A stretch of 64,000 nt of DNA from assembly GCA_030390025.1 (NCBI GenBank), contig CM059438.1:10850001-10914000 (forward strand), written 5' to 3'. Positions 12,028 through 25,400 of this stretch are shown here, one piece after another. Every line of letters begins with the position of its first letter. The first letter of the stretch is position 1. Source of the stretch: Squalus acanthias. Lineage: Eukaryota. The translations under genes were made by a program, and so were the position numbers. The notes beneath the pieces were generated by a model that did no database searches, was not told where the DNA came from, and saw nothing but the letters and a program-made list of their open reading frames with translations.

Positions 12028-12990
12028 TAGAATCATAGAATGATACAACACAGAAGGAGGCCATTCGACCCATCGTGCCTGTGCCGTCTCTTTGGAAGAA
12101 CGAACTAATCAGACCCACTTCCCTGTTCTTTCCCCATAGGCCGGTAATGTTTTTCCCTTTAAGTATTTATCCAATTCCCATTTGAAAGTTACAACTGAAT
12201 CACCCTTTCAGGCAGTGCATTCCAGATCACAACAACTCGCTGTGTAAAAAAAAAGTTTCTTCATGTCGCCTCTGGTTCTTTTGTCAATCATTGCTCTTTA
12301 ATTTCCTCCCGAGCTCCTGAAACTCTGACCGCAGGACATCATCCCTTTTCCTTCCTGTGTCATTGGTTCCTACGTGGATCACACCTTCTGGCTGTTCCCC
12401 TTGCCCCCTGAAAATGTTCCGCACCCTCTCAGCGACATCCTTTACCCTGGCACAGGGAGGCATCACACCATGCGGGACTCACATCGGTTGCAGAAACGCC
12501 TGTGTATCCCCCTGACTATCGAATCCCCTATGACCACTGCAGTTCTACACACTGCTGTGACCCCCTGCGCAGTCATTTGCCCCACAGTGCCGTGGATGCG
12601 CTCTGGACTGCACTCCCGAGGTGTTGTCACCCTCACTGAAAACCAGCACTGAAAACCGGTTTGAGTGCGCCAGACTCACGGAGGATTCCTGCACTGTCTG
12701 CCTCTTCCTACCCTGCCGGATGGCCAGCCACTTACTATTCCCATGAACTCTCCGTAGCTGCGGGGTGACCACCTCTTGGAAAGTGTGCACCAGGAAATTC
12801 TCAGCCTCCCGTATGCCCTGCACTGCCTGCAGCCGCTCCTCAAGCTCAGAAACCCAGAGCTCTAGCTCGAGCAACTGGAGACACTTTCTTTACATGTGGT
12901 TATCCAGGACACACGAAGTGTCTTGGAGTTCCCACATGGCACAGGAATTGCAGGCAACGGGTCTCAGCTATCCCATCATTTTGCTTAAAA
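12028..12990 (-). mobile_element. CR1 element: degenerate ORF1 (zipper plus SGNH esterase) joined to a CR1 3' end
   Basis: LELWVSELEERLQ and VIHVGTND motifs typical of CR1 ORF1 (12290-12990); CR1 3'UTR with (ATTCTATG) tail at 12028-12290. Confidence 0.82.
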
Positions 12991-13423
12991 GGCTATCTAC
13001 TTACATTATATATATATTTTTTTTTAAGTTTAGGATGCCTTACTCCTACTTATTATTTATTTCAGTTTGCTAACACCACACTATCTGTACTACTTACCAG
13101 TGAATTCCCACTCTCACCTAATTCCTGTTGCCACTCCGTTTAGCAGATACTCCCAGCTCTGTTGTCCAAAGTTCAGGCAGCTAATCGGGAAGGTAGATAA
13201 TTGAATTTCAACTGTATATTATAAATTACCGAACTTGAAATATGAAATGGTGTCTGTCCCTGACTCTGACTAGCTGGTGCTCTCAGGACAGCTATCATTA
13301 TTTCAACATAGCTGGCACATTTTCAAGTCTTCAGACCAACACTTTTTTTCCTGAAGGCTGCATGTTCAGTGATAAGAATCTGCCTCACCTGGTAAAAGTT
13401 GACACCTGATTGGCTGGCAGTGA

Positions 13424-13490
13424 TGACATGACTTATCGGTTGACATGACTTATCGGTTGACATGACTTAGCGGATGACATGACATGACTA
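13424..13490. repeat. 17-bp tandem repeat (TGACATGACTTATCGGT) x~3.5
   Basis: Visible directly. Confidence 0.85.
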
Positions 13491-13549
13491 TGAATGGTCA
13501 ATTTCATTATTGCTGCGTTTCTTTTTTTCATTATTATATTGGTAAATCC

Positions 13550-13965
13550 TGCCCATCCTGGCTGGCTTCCATTGGCTCCCCATGCTCAAGCCAACGGATT
13601 TCAAAATTCTCATCCTTGTTTGCAGACCTGTCTATGGTCTCAGTCCAACCTCCTTCTGCAACCTCCCCCAGCCCTACATCCCAACGCGTGTCCTCTGCTG
13701 TTCTGAGTCTGAACTACAGTGTATCCTCCTCCCTCTGCTCTACCATTAGTGGCAGAGCCTTCAGGCATCACATAGCTGCATTCGGGAATTCTCTTCCGAA
13801 ACCCCTTGCCTTGACGCATCACTCAGCACCTTCAAATCCCTCCTCAAAACCTCCCCTAATTCCTCGTCCCAATTCCTGCCTAATGTGCAATTCACCACTT
13901 TGTCAAACATCCTGAGATGCTTTGTTACATTAAAGGCGCTAAATAAGTGCCAGTTTTTGTTATTA
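13550..13965 (+). mobile_element. L2-type LINE 3' fragment
   Basis: LASIGSP...ISKFSSL / IGGRAF-like remnants and TTTGTTACATTAAAGGCGCT tail. Confidence 0.65.
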
Positions 13966-14642
13966 TTGTTAAATAACTTCACCGTCCTCACATGTCTCAC
14001 TGTCCTTATCGACGGATGGGGCTACTGCTACTTTAAAAGGAGCACTTAATGTTCCAGAACTACCAAAGACACTACCACAGACTTGCCTCTAAGTAAAAAA
14101 GGAAGTTTGCACAAGTTCAGCACAGTCAGAAATGCTTAAACAAAAAAACTCTTAAATGGTGGTAAGTTAGGGTTGCAATAACACTTATGTTAAAAAATGG
14201 TATATTTTAAGTACTGCAGCTTCAGGATCAGCGCTGGCTTAAGAGATAAACTACAATAACCTTTTGCTGGCATTTTTCAATTTACTACACTAGCCCTTGC
14301 TCACCGAGTTATCATTGGCTCCTTCTCCCGTTAACGTTACCCATCCCACAAACCTTATCACCAAACTCAATTTTTAAAGCCAAATATACTTCCAGATAAT
14401 AATTAATAACATAATTGTAAACAGATCTGGTAAAACTGAGCGAACTGTTGCAATTATTTTACCCTTGCCATTTTGCTTTTGTTTCAAAGTTACCAGAATG
14501 TGAATATTTTAAATTAAGTTACCAAGAATCCACTGGATTGCTTTGAATGTATGGAACCAGACTGAATTTCTAAGCAGGTCATTACAATATGTAAACATTT
14601 TATAAGCCAGATCACCTTAACTTCTGAATAACCTAACTACAG

Positions 14643-14816
14643 CACAAGGGTGGTGGAAGCAGATTCAACAGTAACTTTCAAAATGGAACTGAATATATAC
14701 TTGAAAAGCTACATTTTGCAGAGCTATGGGAAAAGAGCAGGGGAGTGGGACTAATTTCAAAGAGCCAGCACAGGCACAATGGCCTCCTTCTGGGCTGTAA
14801 GAGTCTATGATTCTAT
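14643..14816 (+). mobile_element. CR1 3' end fragment
   Basis: GGTGGAAGCAGATTC...AATGGCCTCCTTCTG...TATGATTCTATG. Confidence 0.8.
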
Positions 14817-14974
14817 GGCCTACTTTACATCAGTTGCACGCAGTGTCATTACTGTAAACAAGGACACAACCTGCACACAAGCCTCCTTTTTTGTATAATT
14901 TGTGCTACCATTTCAACTAAAAAAGGTCAGTTATTTGAAGGGGAAGGTGGTGGTCTTGTGCAGTGTAAAGGCGT

Positions 14975-15046
14975 GCGATGGTGGTATAGTGGTGAGCATA
15001 GCTGCATTCCAAGCAGTTGACCCGGGCTCGATTCCTGGCCATCGCA
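14975..15046 (+). tRNA. tRNA-Gly(TCC), probably degenerate or a pseudogene
   Basis: 72-nt cloverleaf close to vertebrate tRNA-Gly-TCC. Acceptor stem GCGATGG/CCATCGC intact, anticodon TCC, TTTT at 15057-15060. However T54 is C (GCTCGA instead of GTTCGA) and position 32 is A. Confidence 0.75.
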
Positions 15047-16529
15047 ACCAGTCAAATTTTAGCGGAGCAGACTCGAAGGGCCAAATGGCCGACTCCTGCT
15101 CCTATTTCTTATGTAAACACAATCACCAAGAGAATTTCCTCTATGAAAGAGCAGATGTCACTCAAAATGCAGCCAAGAAGAAATATTTTAATCGTGTCTT
15201 ACCAGCCCAATGGAATCTAATGTCTATATACCAGTACCGATCAGAGTGCTGAGAAAGAGCAAGAGCAAGAGAATAAAAGGACCTCTCTCGGTGGGTTTCA
15301 ATGAATGATGTATAATTTGAAATAACTACCAATTTTGCTTGGTGCATTTGAAAAATTCAATTAAAGAAACTATAATTGCATTTGACAAGGTGATGGGTCT
15401 AGATTATGATGAAGCCTTTTAGCTTCATCCTTCCCCATTCCCACACAGCAGACAATTAAGACTTGCAAGTTAATTTTGAAAAAGAAAACTTTTGGTGAAA
15501 AAAATCTTTATCACACTATGCTTAGGACACAGATGAAGAGCCTACTTGTAATGGAATAAAGAACTGACTCTTGGTGTCAGAGGAACAAAAATAGGTAAAC
15601 ACTGAGGAGTGAAATTCAAGGGGGGCAAAAAAAAAATCAGAGATGAGAAAGGCTACACAGCCTGGGCTAGCTCATCCAGAAAGAATGAAACTACAGTCCC
15701 CCAATCACAGAGCCAAATATTTGTTCAATGATTGCAAGGATTTAGCCTCTATTGCCTTACCCAAATACCAGTAATTCTTTGTGAAGAACTTCCTGATTTT
15801 AATCTTAAAGTTGCCTTTTTGTGCTCCTTTGCCCTGCTGTCATTGGTTTAATTTGACGTTGCATTCCTTTATCTTAAATGCCTGTGTTCCCTCCTTTCAT
15901 GAGTGAAAAAGTTCCTTCAGTCCGTCCTTATAGCTCTGTCCTCTGAGCGAAAGGATCAGCCTCCCCTCTGCATCACGCCCATGGTTTGAAGTTTCCCTTG
16001 TATCTTGTTGAGCAGAACGAGATGCAGCTGCCAGGATACGGTCCAGCCAGGGCACTATGCAGTTTAAGCATGACTGCCTCTGACGTATACTCCACTAACT
16101 TGGCTATGTGGTTTAACATTCCATTTGCCTTGTCGATTATTGCATGTTAAAGGCTGAGTTTTTACATATAATCAGTGTTTCAAGTCTTTGGGTTAAGACA
16201 ATGAACCCTGATGACATCACCACCCCCACCCCCACCCCACCCCACCCCGCCCCCCATTCTTTCTCCACCCACTCATTTTAAAATCTATATGAACAGTATT
16301 CCTTCGGATTTTCCACCACCCTTCCAGACTCTCTGCTCCGTGGAATACTTGTTTGTTAACGTATTAACATAAACCTTTAATTCTGTTATGAAAGTTCAGC
16401 AAGACAAATACTTAACTTAGAAAAAGACACTGAAACGCTTAAAATTCAGAAGTAAAATTCTGCTACAAATGAAGCTGAAGGATAGGGCTCGAACCGAAGA
16501 CCCCATCTTTTGACTCTCCATTCTACAAC

Positions 16530-16925
16530 ATAAGAACATAAGAACATAAGAAATAGGAGCAGGAGTAGGCCAATCGGCCCATCGAGCCTGCTCCGCCATT
16601 CAATAAGATCATGGCTGATCTGATCCTAACCGCCAATCTACTATCTATCACAGAAACATCTCCTGCATCTAACAGAATTGCACACACGAAATAGGAGCAG
16701 AATCAGGCTACACAGTCCCTGGGCCCGCTCCACTACCCACAGGGCCATGACCGATCCGAACTTAGACTCATGTCCAAATTCCTGCCCGCTCCCCGTAACC
16801 CTTAATGCCCTTTACTTCTAGGAAACTGTCTATTTCTGTTTTAAATTTAATTAATGTTGTAGCTTCTACAGCTTTTTGTGGTAGCATATTCCATGGACCT
16901 ACCACCCTCTGAGTGAAGTAGTTTT
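16530..16925 (-). mobile_element. Two adjacent CR1 3' end fragments
   Basis: (CATAAGAA)n tail and FTQRVV..WN.LP..AVEA ORF. Confidence 0.8.
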
Positions 16926-17430
16926 CTTCTTGTTTTAACGCTTGATCCCCAGGCAGCACAAGGTGAGGCTAATACTATGGATTTCTGGTTTTCATCTGAC
17001 TGTTTAAAAAAAAAAGACAACATTTGAAGCGCAAAGCAATGATGAATGGATTTGGTGCAACCAATTAGTAAAAAAGATCAACACTGAAACTCAAAAAGTG
17101 CTCAAATCTAGTCACCTCATATATGATGGTTTATAAGTGTCTAATATGAACAGCACACTTTGGAAACTGCTGCCAACAGGCCTGTCTCCTAGCCCACCTC
17201 CATGCCACTCTGTGACCAAGTTCTTGTAGGTGAACAATGTAACCCATGGTGATGCCCACTGGTAGTCCTTCCCTCCGTCCTTCAGAAGAACTGGCCTGGG
17301 GGAGCGATGCGAAAGAGTGTCAAGTCTCCCAGCCCCAACATATGACCAGGGTTACAACCATGCGGTTAATTTGCACGACCCTATGCAGACATTGGAGGGA
17401 GACTCGTCCTAACAAAACTGGCTCACTTAC

Positions 17431-17537
17431 TGTGACAAAACTGTGAGCCGACAATTGGACTGTTGTGAAAGAAGAGCTGGCTTTCGTCAGGTGGACGCGG
17501 GGAGCTGCCAACCAGCGTTGCTCTCCTGCGATCCAAA
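17431..17537 (-). other. GPAM: Candidate non-coding 5'UTR exon of GPAM
   Basis: On the minus strand: long pyrimidine tract ctttctttttggctcttctgtag|, 107 nt with no ATG, donor ACA|gtaagt. Non-repetitive; lies between the CpG island and the first coding exon. Confidence 0.45.
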
Positions 17538-19446
17538 CTACAGAAGAGCCAAAAAGAAAGTGCCTGTAACTCACATCTTACGACTCCTGATCGTAGTGGG
17601 CTGACACACCAACTCAGCCCTGCACACTTAATAAGCCAATTTCACAGGGCCATAGGCAGAGACCCTGGCCCATTTCTCAGGGAATAGTGCTGGGAACAGC
17701 AGGAGCCGCACGGCTATTATAAACAGTGACACTGTCCAATTCAATTTGTATTTACTTCTGGATTGCTGCACTGATGTCAGCATCTGGGAAACTATGAGGA
17801 ATAACGCAGGATAATGAGGAAAAAGATATGCGTGTACACTTGCTGAAGTCTTCTTTGTGCGTCTGAGGACAGGCAACTGAGTAACTAACTTCTGAATATT
17901 TTTTTTTCCCCCTGAAAAATCACCAAGGTGGCTGGCTGCCTCCCTTACCAGGATGACAGCTTCCCAGTATGTCTGAGTTTAGGCACTGAATCGGGATGTA
18001 TTTTTGCCTTACCTCTGCTCAAAGTAAATCTCATTGCTTTCGGTGGAACAATGAGGACTGCTGAGACCCATGTTTTGACGAAGATATGTTTCAGCCAATG
18101 TTCCCCCTAAGGTGAGCGGGCACAAGACCACGCACCAATCTGTTGCCGCTGGAAGATACCGTGCAGCAAATGTAAAGGGACCGCGCACAAAAAAAAAATT
18201 AGAGGGAACATTGGTTTCAGCATTTATCCACCCCCAATGACTCAGTTAGTTACTGCATCATTTTGACTGTGCTTCCAACCCCACATCCCCTTCATCACCA
18301 AAACCGCTAATTTCCAGATCCGTAACAATGCCTGCCTCAGCCCCTGCACCACGACCCTTATGTGCACTTTTCTCATCTCCAGATTCAATTATTCCAATAC
18401 CGTCCTTGCTGGCCTTCCTTCGTCTGGGCTCCATGAATTCCCCAGCGTCCTAAATCCAGCTGGCCTGCATTCAATTTAAAATCCTCATCCTCATCTTCAA
18501 ATCCCTCCACTGTCTCGCTCACCCCGACCTCTGCTACACAAAAGCAAGTTGCTGCAGTGTTAAATCAGGCACTGAGGCCTTCGGATCAGGAAGGCCTCGG
18601 CTTTGATTCCTGATCCGCGCTGAGTTCATTGATTTGAGACTTTAAAGGCGCTATATAAATACAAGCTGTTGTTGTTGTTGCAAGTAGCCTCAGCACTCCT
18701 GGGCGAGAATGGGGGGGAATTCAGCCAAGGGGCCTCCTGCTCCTGATTTCGATCCGCTGGCCTGTGCTGGATAATAAGCATTCATGGACGCCAGGTGAGG
18801 ACAGGATTGAGCTTGGCTGTGATGCCCCCGGCAGTTGAATAGCCTCGCTGCCTATGCCCAAACATGAGGAATGACCAATTGAGCGAAATGCTGGAGGTCG
18901 GCTGTCGTCCTCCAGCATGTTTCAGCACCTGCGGGCAAAGGAAGCTGAATAAAAATTGCACAATTTTCTTGAAACATGAATTAAACACAAATAAATGTAA
19001 CAATCATTTTATCTTCAAAAACGGAGACAATATCGCAGTGACTTAACCAGAAAAGACGGGGCGAGCAGCAGACTGTGCAGCTAGCTTGTCCGTTGTGCAG
19101 CGTTTAATCTTCTTTTGCTGACCAGGTACTTCACTGAAAGAGTTTGCTGCAGACTGCTGCAGGATTCTGACTTTGCTGAGTGGACAGAGGCAGCACCAGC
19201 TCTGTACAAAGTCACTGGGAGACAGGCTTCTCTTTACAATAATATTCTTTTAGCCTTGAATGAATGCAAAATCAAACGCGGGACAAAGCGTAGTTTTTCC
19301 AAAACGGGACAACTTGAAATTTGCTTCTGGATTATTATAGTCATGTTACTGCCTCATTATTTTCCAATTTTCTAACCTTCTCTTCTGATGTCACACAGCT
19401 TTGCTGAGGTACGGTTCCGTGGAGGCCAGCCACCCTCTGCTTGCTC

Positions 19447-19884
19447 ACATAGGAGGATTGTCCTATGAGGAGAGATTGAGTAGACTAGGCCTATATTCCT
19501 TAGAGTTTAGAAGAATGAGAGGTGATCTCATTGAAACATATAAAATTCTTACAGGGCTTGACAGGGTAGATGCTGGGAGTCTAGAACTGGGCGTCACAGT
19601 CTCAGGATAAGGGGTCGGCCATTTAGGACTGAGATGGGGAGAAGTTTCTTCACTCAAAGGGTTGTGAATCTTTGGAATTCTCTACCTCAAAGGGCTGTAG
19701 CTGCTCAGTCGTTGAGTATATTCAAGACAGAGATCGATAGATTTTTGGATATTAAGGGAATCAAGGGATATGGGGATAGGGCGGGAAGGGGGAGTTGAGA
19801 TAGAAGATCAGCCATGATCTTACTGAATGGTGAAGTAGGCTCGAAGGGCCGAATGGCCTACTCCTGCTCCTATTTCGTATGTTC
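19447..19884 (+). mobile_element. CR1 3' fragment
   Basis: [32 protein letters not shown] and CR1 3'UTR. Confidence 0.9.
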
Positions 19885-20275
19885 TCAAGCGTGTCGCTAT
19901 TCATGAACCTAGACACTGAGTAGCAGTAGACTCTTCCACTGTGGAGCTAATCACAGCAAAGTAATATTCCATCTTCGGCAGCGTCCACACAGGAAAGCAC
20001 TTCCTAATACAGGTAGCAGTCGGGAATGGGAACCGTTGGCAGATTTATCGCTCCCCATCTAGGAGCGCTGAGCCCAGCTGTAGCATCCCCTACTAGCACT
20101 TTGGTTGAGACGGCCTCACTCGGTATAGACCAGATTGAACCTGAAACCTTCCTGATCCATATCATGCCACACTGGCCGGTGCAGATTAACTGAGCCAGCA
20201 AGGGAGTTTGGGGAGACCACTTATGAAGGAAGACCTCACGATGAGCCCTACAACGACTGTACTCTTTAAGTACTT

Positions 20276-20560
20276 ATAGAATCATAGAATAGTACAGCAC
20301 AGAAGGAGGCCATTCGGCCCATCGAGTCTGCACCGGTTCTTTCGAAGAGCAATCCAGTTAGTCCCACTCCCCCCGCTCTTTCCCCATATCCCTGCTATTT
20401 TTTTCTCCTTCAAGTATTTATTCAATTCCCCTTTGAAGGCTACTATTGAATCGGTACCCACCACCCTATCAGGCAGTGCATTCCAAATCCTAACCACTCG
20501 TTGCGTGAAAGAGTTTTTCCTCATGCTCCTCTGGTTCTTTTGCCAATCGCCTTAAATCAG
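20276..20560 (-). mobile_element. CR1 3' fragment
   Basis: MRKNSFTQRVVRIWNALP and (ATTCTATG) tail. Confidence 0.88.
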
Positions 20561-23500
20561 GGCTGACAACTTCAAGGCAAATGATTACTGGTGAGGCAAG
20601 TTCTGATTACTTGATACCTGTGTCGTACAGGAACTCTGGTAAACAAATACGATAACATTTTGTACACCAGAAAAATGTGATGGAGCCAAAAATCAAAAGT
20701 GGATCTTTGAATTGCCAGACCTACCAGCTCTTTATCAGGGCAACAGTGATTAAGAAGGTGTGCGTAACTTTCTTTGGGGAGATGCATCTGAGAAATCAGA
20801 CTAGCAAAGTACCAGACTGGCCAAGGCGAGCTGACCACAAGCTCACTTCATCAGCTATTTATAAACGTGTGTTGATAACTGGCATTGGTGCAGAACACAA
20901 AGCTCATATTGTCAGTTCAAACAATGACAGTTTTATTCAGTATATTACGGATACTCAGTAACATTAAACTGAAGGTCACAACCGTGAGAATGGACTTGGC
21001 CAGGGCCACTCTCACGTACCTTTTAAAACTTCTTCTCTAGTACCCAATTCATGCGCACATGCATTCCAGACTGGGAACACGGAATGCAGGCCCTTAGATA
21101 CATAGTACAACAGGCTTGCTGAAGAGCCTGCGAGAGGGCGATGGGGACGGAGGGAAAGGAAGGGGAGTGCGCCATATTACAAATAGTATTGCAGTATACA
21201 ATCGCAATTTCAATTTGAAATCTGCTCCTGTAAGTACGCCAATCACACTACGGGGCTGTTTTACGAAGGAGTAGGGGGAGAAAATTGACCAGCCATGCTC
21301 TATACAGTTTTCAAAGCATTTAGTTTTCACGCCATCCCTCTTTATGATACTGAAAAGTAGCTTAAAAAGAATGGGGAAAAAAGTAAAAAGAAACTTGAAT
21401 AGCCACCATCTGCTGGCGCACTTGTATATTTCAATTTTTGACATTTCTTCCTCATTTTAGAGGCTTAGCAAACTGCGAGAAAGAATCGGAACACCCCTAC
21501 CGCTATTCCTGCTGTGGCCATCTGACTCAGCATGGACCAGAATCAAACCTGGAACCTCCTTGGTCTTAATGGCCCAGATACTCACTCTCTTAACCGGCCA
21601 GTCATTGGGGAACTTACCACAAAGAATTTTAAATTCAGCAGGCAAACTTCCTCCTATCCTAAAATAAAAATTGAAGTTTAGAATGAGAACAAAGTTTGAG
21701 CTATCAAGCCAACCCCTTCCAATAGACCGTGTATAAACGTCGAGATCATAGTCCTTCCTGACACCCATTGGTACCCCATCTCCCCTTCACCTGTGGCCCT
21801 TGGCAAACTTACTGCTCCATGGGCCTCTATGGCTATGGATCACGCTGTGATTTGGTGCTCCTTTTATTTGCTCTTCAGCAAAAGGAGGCACGGAAATGCT
21901 ATTCGGAGGCAGGCTTATGATGCGCTTAGTATGCTTGATAATAGACTCTCCTCATTACTTAATCTCTTGATTAAAGTGATATCCACAGGTACCGGTTCTA
22001 CGAGGAAATTTGGAAACATCTCCCCATTAATCTAAGGTGATTGAATGAAACTCCAGAATATCAATCCAATACAGTGATTTAACATGGCCATTTACATTCC
22101 ACAAATCACAGTCCCATTGTCCCACAGGCTGGAATCATATGGTTCTATGGATTATTTGATCATCTACTGTCATTCCATTATTATTCTTATGACCTTCAGT
22201 CCCATTTTTGTTCACTTCTCCTGAAGGCACCCACTCCCTGCTAGGACGCAGTTCCGTGGGTGCGCCCCGCTGCCTCGCTCAAGTATTCATTATTCATGTG
22301 TGGGCCATGACGGTGAGAGTCCGCAGGCTAATCCATCACTGGGGGCAGCACAGCCGTCCTCCTCACCCCACACCCACACACTTCCAGCGGAGGTTGCTGG
22401 ATATCAATCAGGAGCAGAGAGCCTGGTCTCCAGTCCCCTCTCCAGCCGGGGACACTGGTGCACACTGTAGTGCCCCTACTGCCCTCTTACACCCACCCCT
22501 AGAAGAGATCAGTTAACACCATAGAAAGGGAATCGACCCTGGCGCAACCTTGGTCTTATGGCTTGGCCACTCATTGGGTAAACTCACTGAGCCACCGGGG
22601 GAGCATTTCAGTTCCGTTTTCTGGACTCGGCATGAGTTACACTGCACAAGTTTAGTGTCAGCGCGAAGCTGCAACAGCTGCATACCAATGTTAAACTTGC
22701 AGTGCAAACACGTTGTGAACCAGATATTTATTGAGCTCTTATTTGGCGCAGTTAATCAAAGCAGCCATTGTGGAGCACTGGAGGAGGAAATCCAGATCAA
22801 ACTTCTTGGGGGGAAAAAAAGCTTTCGAAACAATTGAGTAAGTAGATTATTTGCAGCGTGGAGCTAATGCATTCATAAGTAAAAGATCTTTTGGCATAGA
22901 TTTACGACAAAAAATGTTTCTTGTTAACTCTTAAGTTACTTTTTATATTTTAAGTTAGCCTTTCAGCTATAAATAGGTTAACAATCTCAGCAACTCCAGT
23001 GATGCTAAGAATTGGGTCAGGGAGCATTACAGCAGCTTAACTTGGTCTTGCTCTACCAGTTAATTAAATCAAAATGTTTATCAAAATAAACTAAATTATG
23101 CCCCCCAAAAAATTGAAATTCCAAGAGGTTCTCTCAAAAGCTCTTACTTCTAGGTTCTACGAAGGAGGGTAACATTTAATATTACAGAAACATCACCGTC
23201 CCCGCCCCCCCCCCAATCCCAGTATCAGCAGTACAGCCTTTGACCATCATGTCCTTACACCCTGGAACTCTTTCTTAACCCCATACAACTTTCCCCACCT
23301 TCACAAGCCTCCTACAAACCCACCTCTTCAAATCAGTGCTTTGATCACCTACCCGAGCTCGTCTTTCAAATCCGCCTTGGTAGTCAATCCCCTGGAAATT
23401 TCAGACTTCCAGCAATGTTCTTTTTCCCCCGTGTGCAGCACCTTGTTACGCTTCACTATGTTAAAGCTGCCACACAAACGCAAGTAGCTACAGCTAATGT

Positions 23501-24589
23501 AAGGTCATCATCATAAGACAAAGCTCTTTTTTTATTTATATATAAACGCATTTTAAAACTGCAAACGGGCACATTTAGAATGGGTCAAATTTCCAACCTT
23601 CACAGCAAACTGTCTGCGCCAACTAAAGGGATCACTGATACCAAACATGCGTCAGCACAGCCACACACCAGATTAATTAGCTACGACAGTCGTATCTACT
23701 TGGAATGCAAACAGGGTGCAGGTCTATTGATGAATGAATCGCATTCTCGGTGCCAGCTTATAGCTTGCCCGTACAGATTTCTAGTCTTGGGGCAAGCCAA
23801 GGTCTTTTCCATGGAAAAGATGAGGTAAGGAAACAGCAGCTTCATAAAGAGCTTTCAGGAAACCGTCTCATTTCCTTTTGCAAACAAACAGTACAAGGAT
23901 ACAGCGCACATGATGTCATTGGGACACGGCCCCCCACCCCCCAAAAAAAATCCAAGAGTTTTTGAAAAACTTTTTCGCAAAGGAGGTACCTGTTTAAAAT
24001 GTTCCAGAATCTTCATGAGCGACACCACAGAAGACTTGTTTGCAATTCACAAAACTTACAGGAGGTGAAAAGAATTGTGTGCGGCTTTCAGGCCTCATTA
24101 TACTTTTCTTAAACTACTTCAACATTATTATTTTTTTTTTTAAAAGAACAGCGCAATTCATAAAGCCAGACCAGCAAGGTCTATTTTCCAAGTGAGGTGC
24201 AATTAGCTGCTGTTTAATAATTAATTGTGTGTGTGCGTGTCACGCCCTTTAAAACACAGACACACCTACGTGTGTTTGCCAACCTGAATGGGTTTGGAAT
24301 TTGTCACTCTCACTGATCGTAAAGACTACTGCCAATAATTTAATGTCACTAGTTTCATAGTGCTGTTAGTGGGATCTCACGATTACCCTTACTGAAGATC
24401 TCTCACTCTCATTTTCCCTCATACTAAGGAGCTGCCTCACATACTCTCCCATTTACTGGAGTTTTCTCGATCAATCCTTCCCCATTATCGGGGTATTTCC
24501 ATTGCATTTTCCTCGTTACTGCAGATCTCACTTATTGCTTCCCCATTTCTTAGGGTCTCTCATTCTATCCCATTTTCTGAGGATTTTCC

Positions 24590-25400
24590 CCATTACTGGG
24601 GTCTCGCCCTCAATATCTCCCATTACTGGGGTCTCGCCCTCAATATCTCCCCTTATTACTGGGGTCTCTCCTCAATATCTCCCCTCATTACTGGGGGTCT
24701 CTCCCTCTATCTCTCCCCTCATTACTGGGGTCTCACCCTCAATCTCTCCCCTCATTACTGGGGTCTCGCCTCAATCTCTCCCCTCATTACTGGGGGTCTC
24801 GTCCTCAATCTCTCCCCTCATTACTGGGGGTCTCTCCTCAATCTCTCCCCTCATTACTGGGGGTCTTGTCCTCAATCTCCCCCCTCATTACTGGGGGTCT
24901 CTCCTCAATCTCTCCCCTCATTACTGGGGGTCTCGTCCTCAATCTCTCCCCTCATTACCGGGGGGGTCTCCTCAATCTCTCCCCTCATTACTGGGGGTCT
25001 CTCCTCAATCTCTCCCCTCATTACTGGGGGTCTCTCCTCAATCTCTCCCCTCATTACTGGGGGTCTCTCCTCAATCTCTCCCCTCATTACTGGGGGTCTT
25101 GTCCTCAATCTCTCCCCTCATTACTGGGGTCTCTCCTCAATCTCTCCCCTCATTACTGGGGGTCTCTCCTCAATATCTCCCCTCATTACTGGGGGTCTCA
25201 CCCTCAATCTCTCCCCTCATTACTGGGGGTCTCACCCTCAATCTCTCCCCTCATTACTGGGGGTCTCACCCTCAATCTCTCCCCTCATTACTGGGGGTCT
25301 CTCCTCAATCTCTCCCCTCATTACTGGGGGTCTCTCCTCAATCTCTCCCCTCATTACTGGGGGTCTCACCCTCAATATCTCCCCTTTTCTGGGGGGGGTC
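24590..25400. repeat. Minisatellite, ~24 copies of a 30-34 bp unit (CTCAATCTCTCCCCTCATTACTGGGGGTCTCTC)
   Basis: Directly visible tandem units; degenerate precursor-like copies extend left to about 24390. Explains the repetitive ORFs at 24502-25519. Confidence 0.95.

Noticed and set aside
16221-16256. (CACCC)n tract and poly-C runs (also 42352, 48621, 57596) as G-quadruplex elements
   Set aside because: Common low-complexity sequence with no contextual support.
17470-17495. CTGACGAAAG hammerhead-like motif in the candidate UTR exon
   Set aside because: No stem II between CUGANGA and GAAA; chance match.
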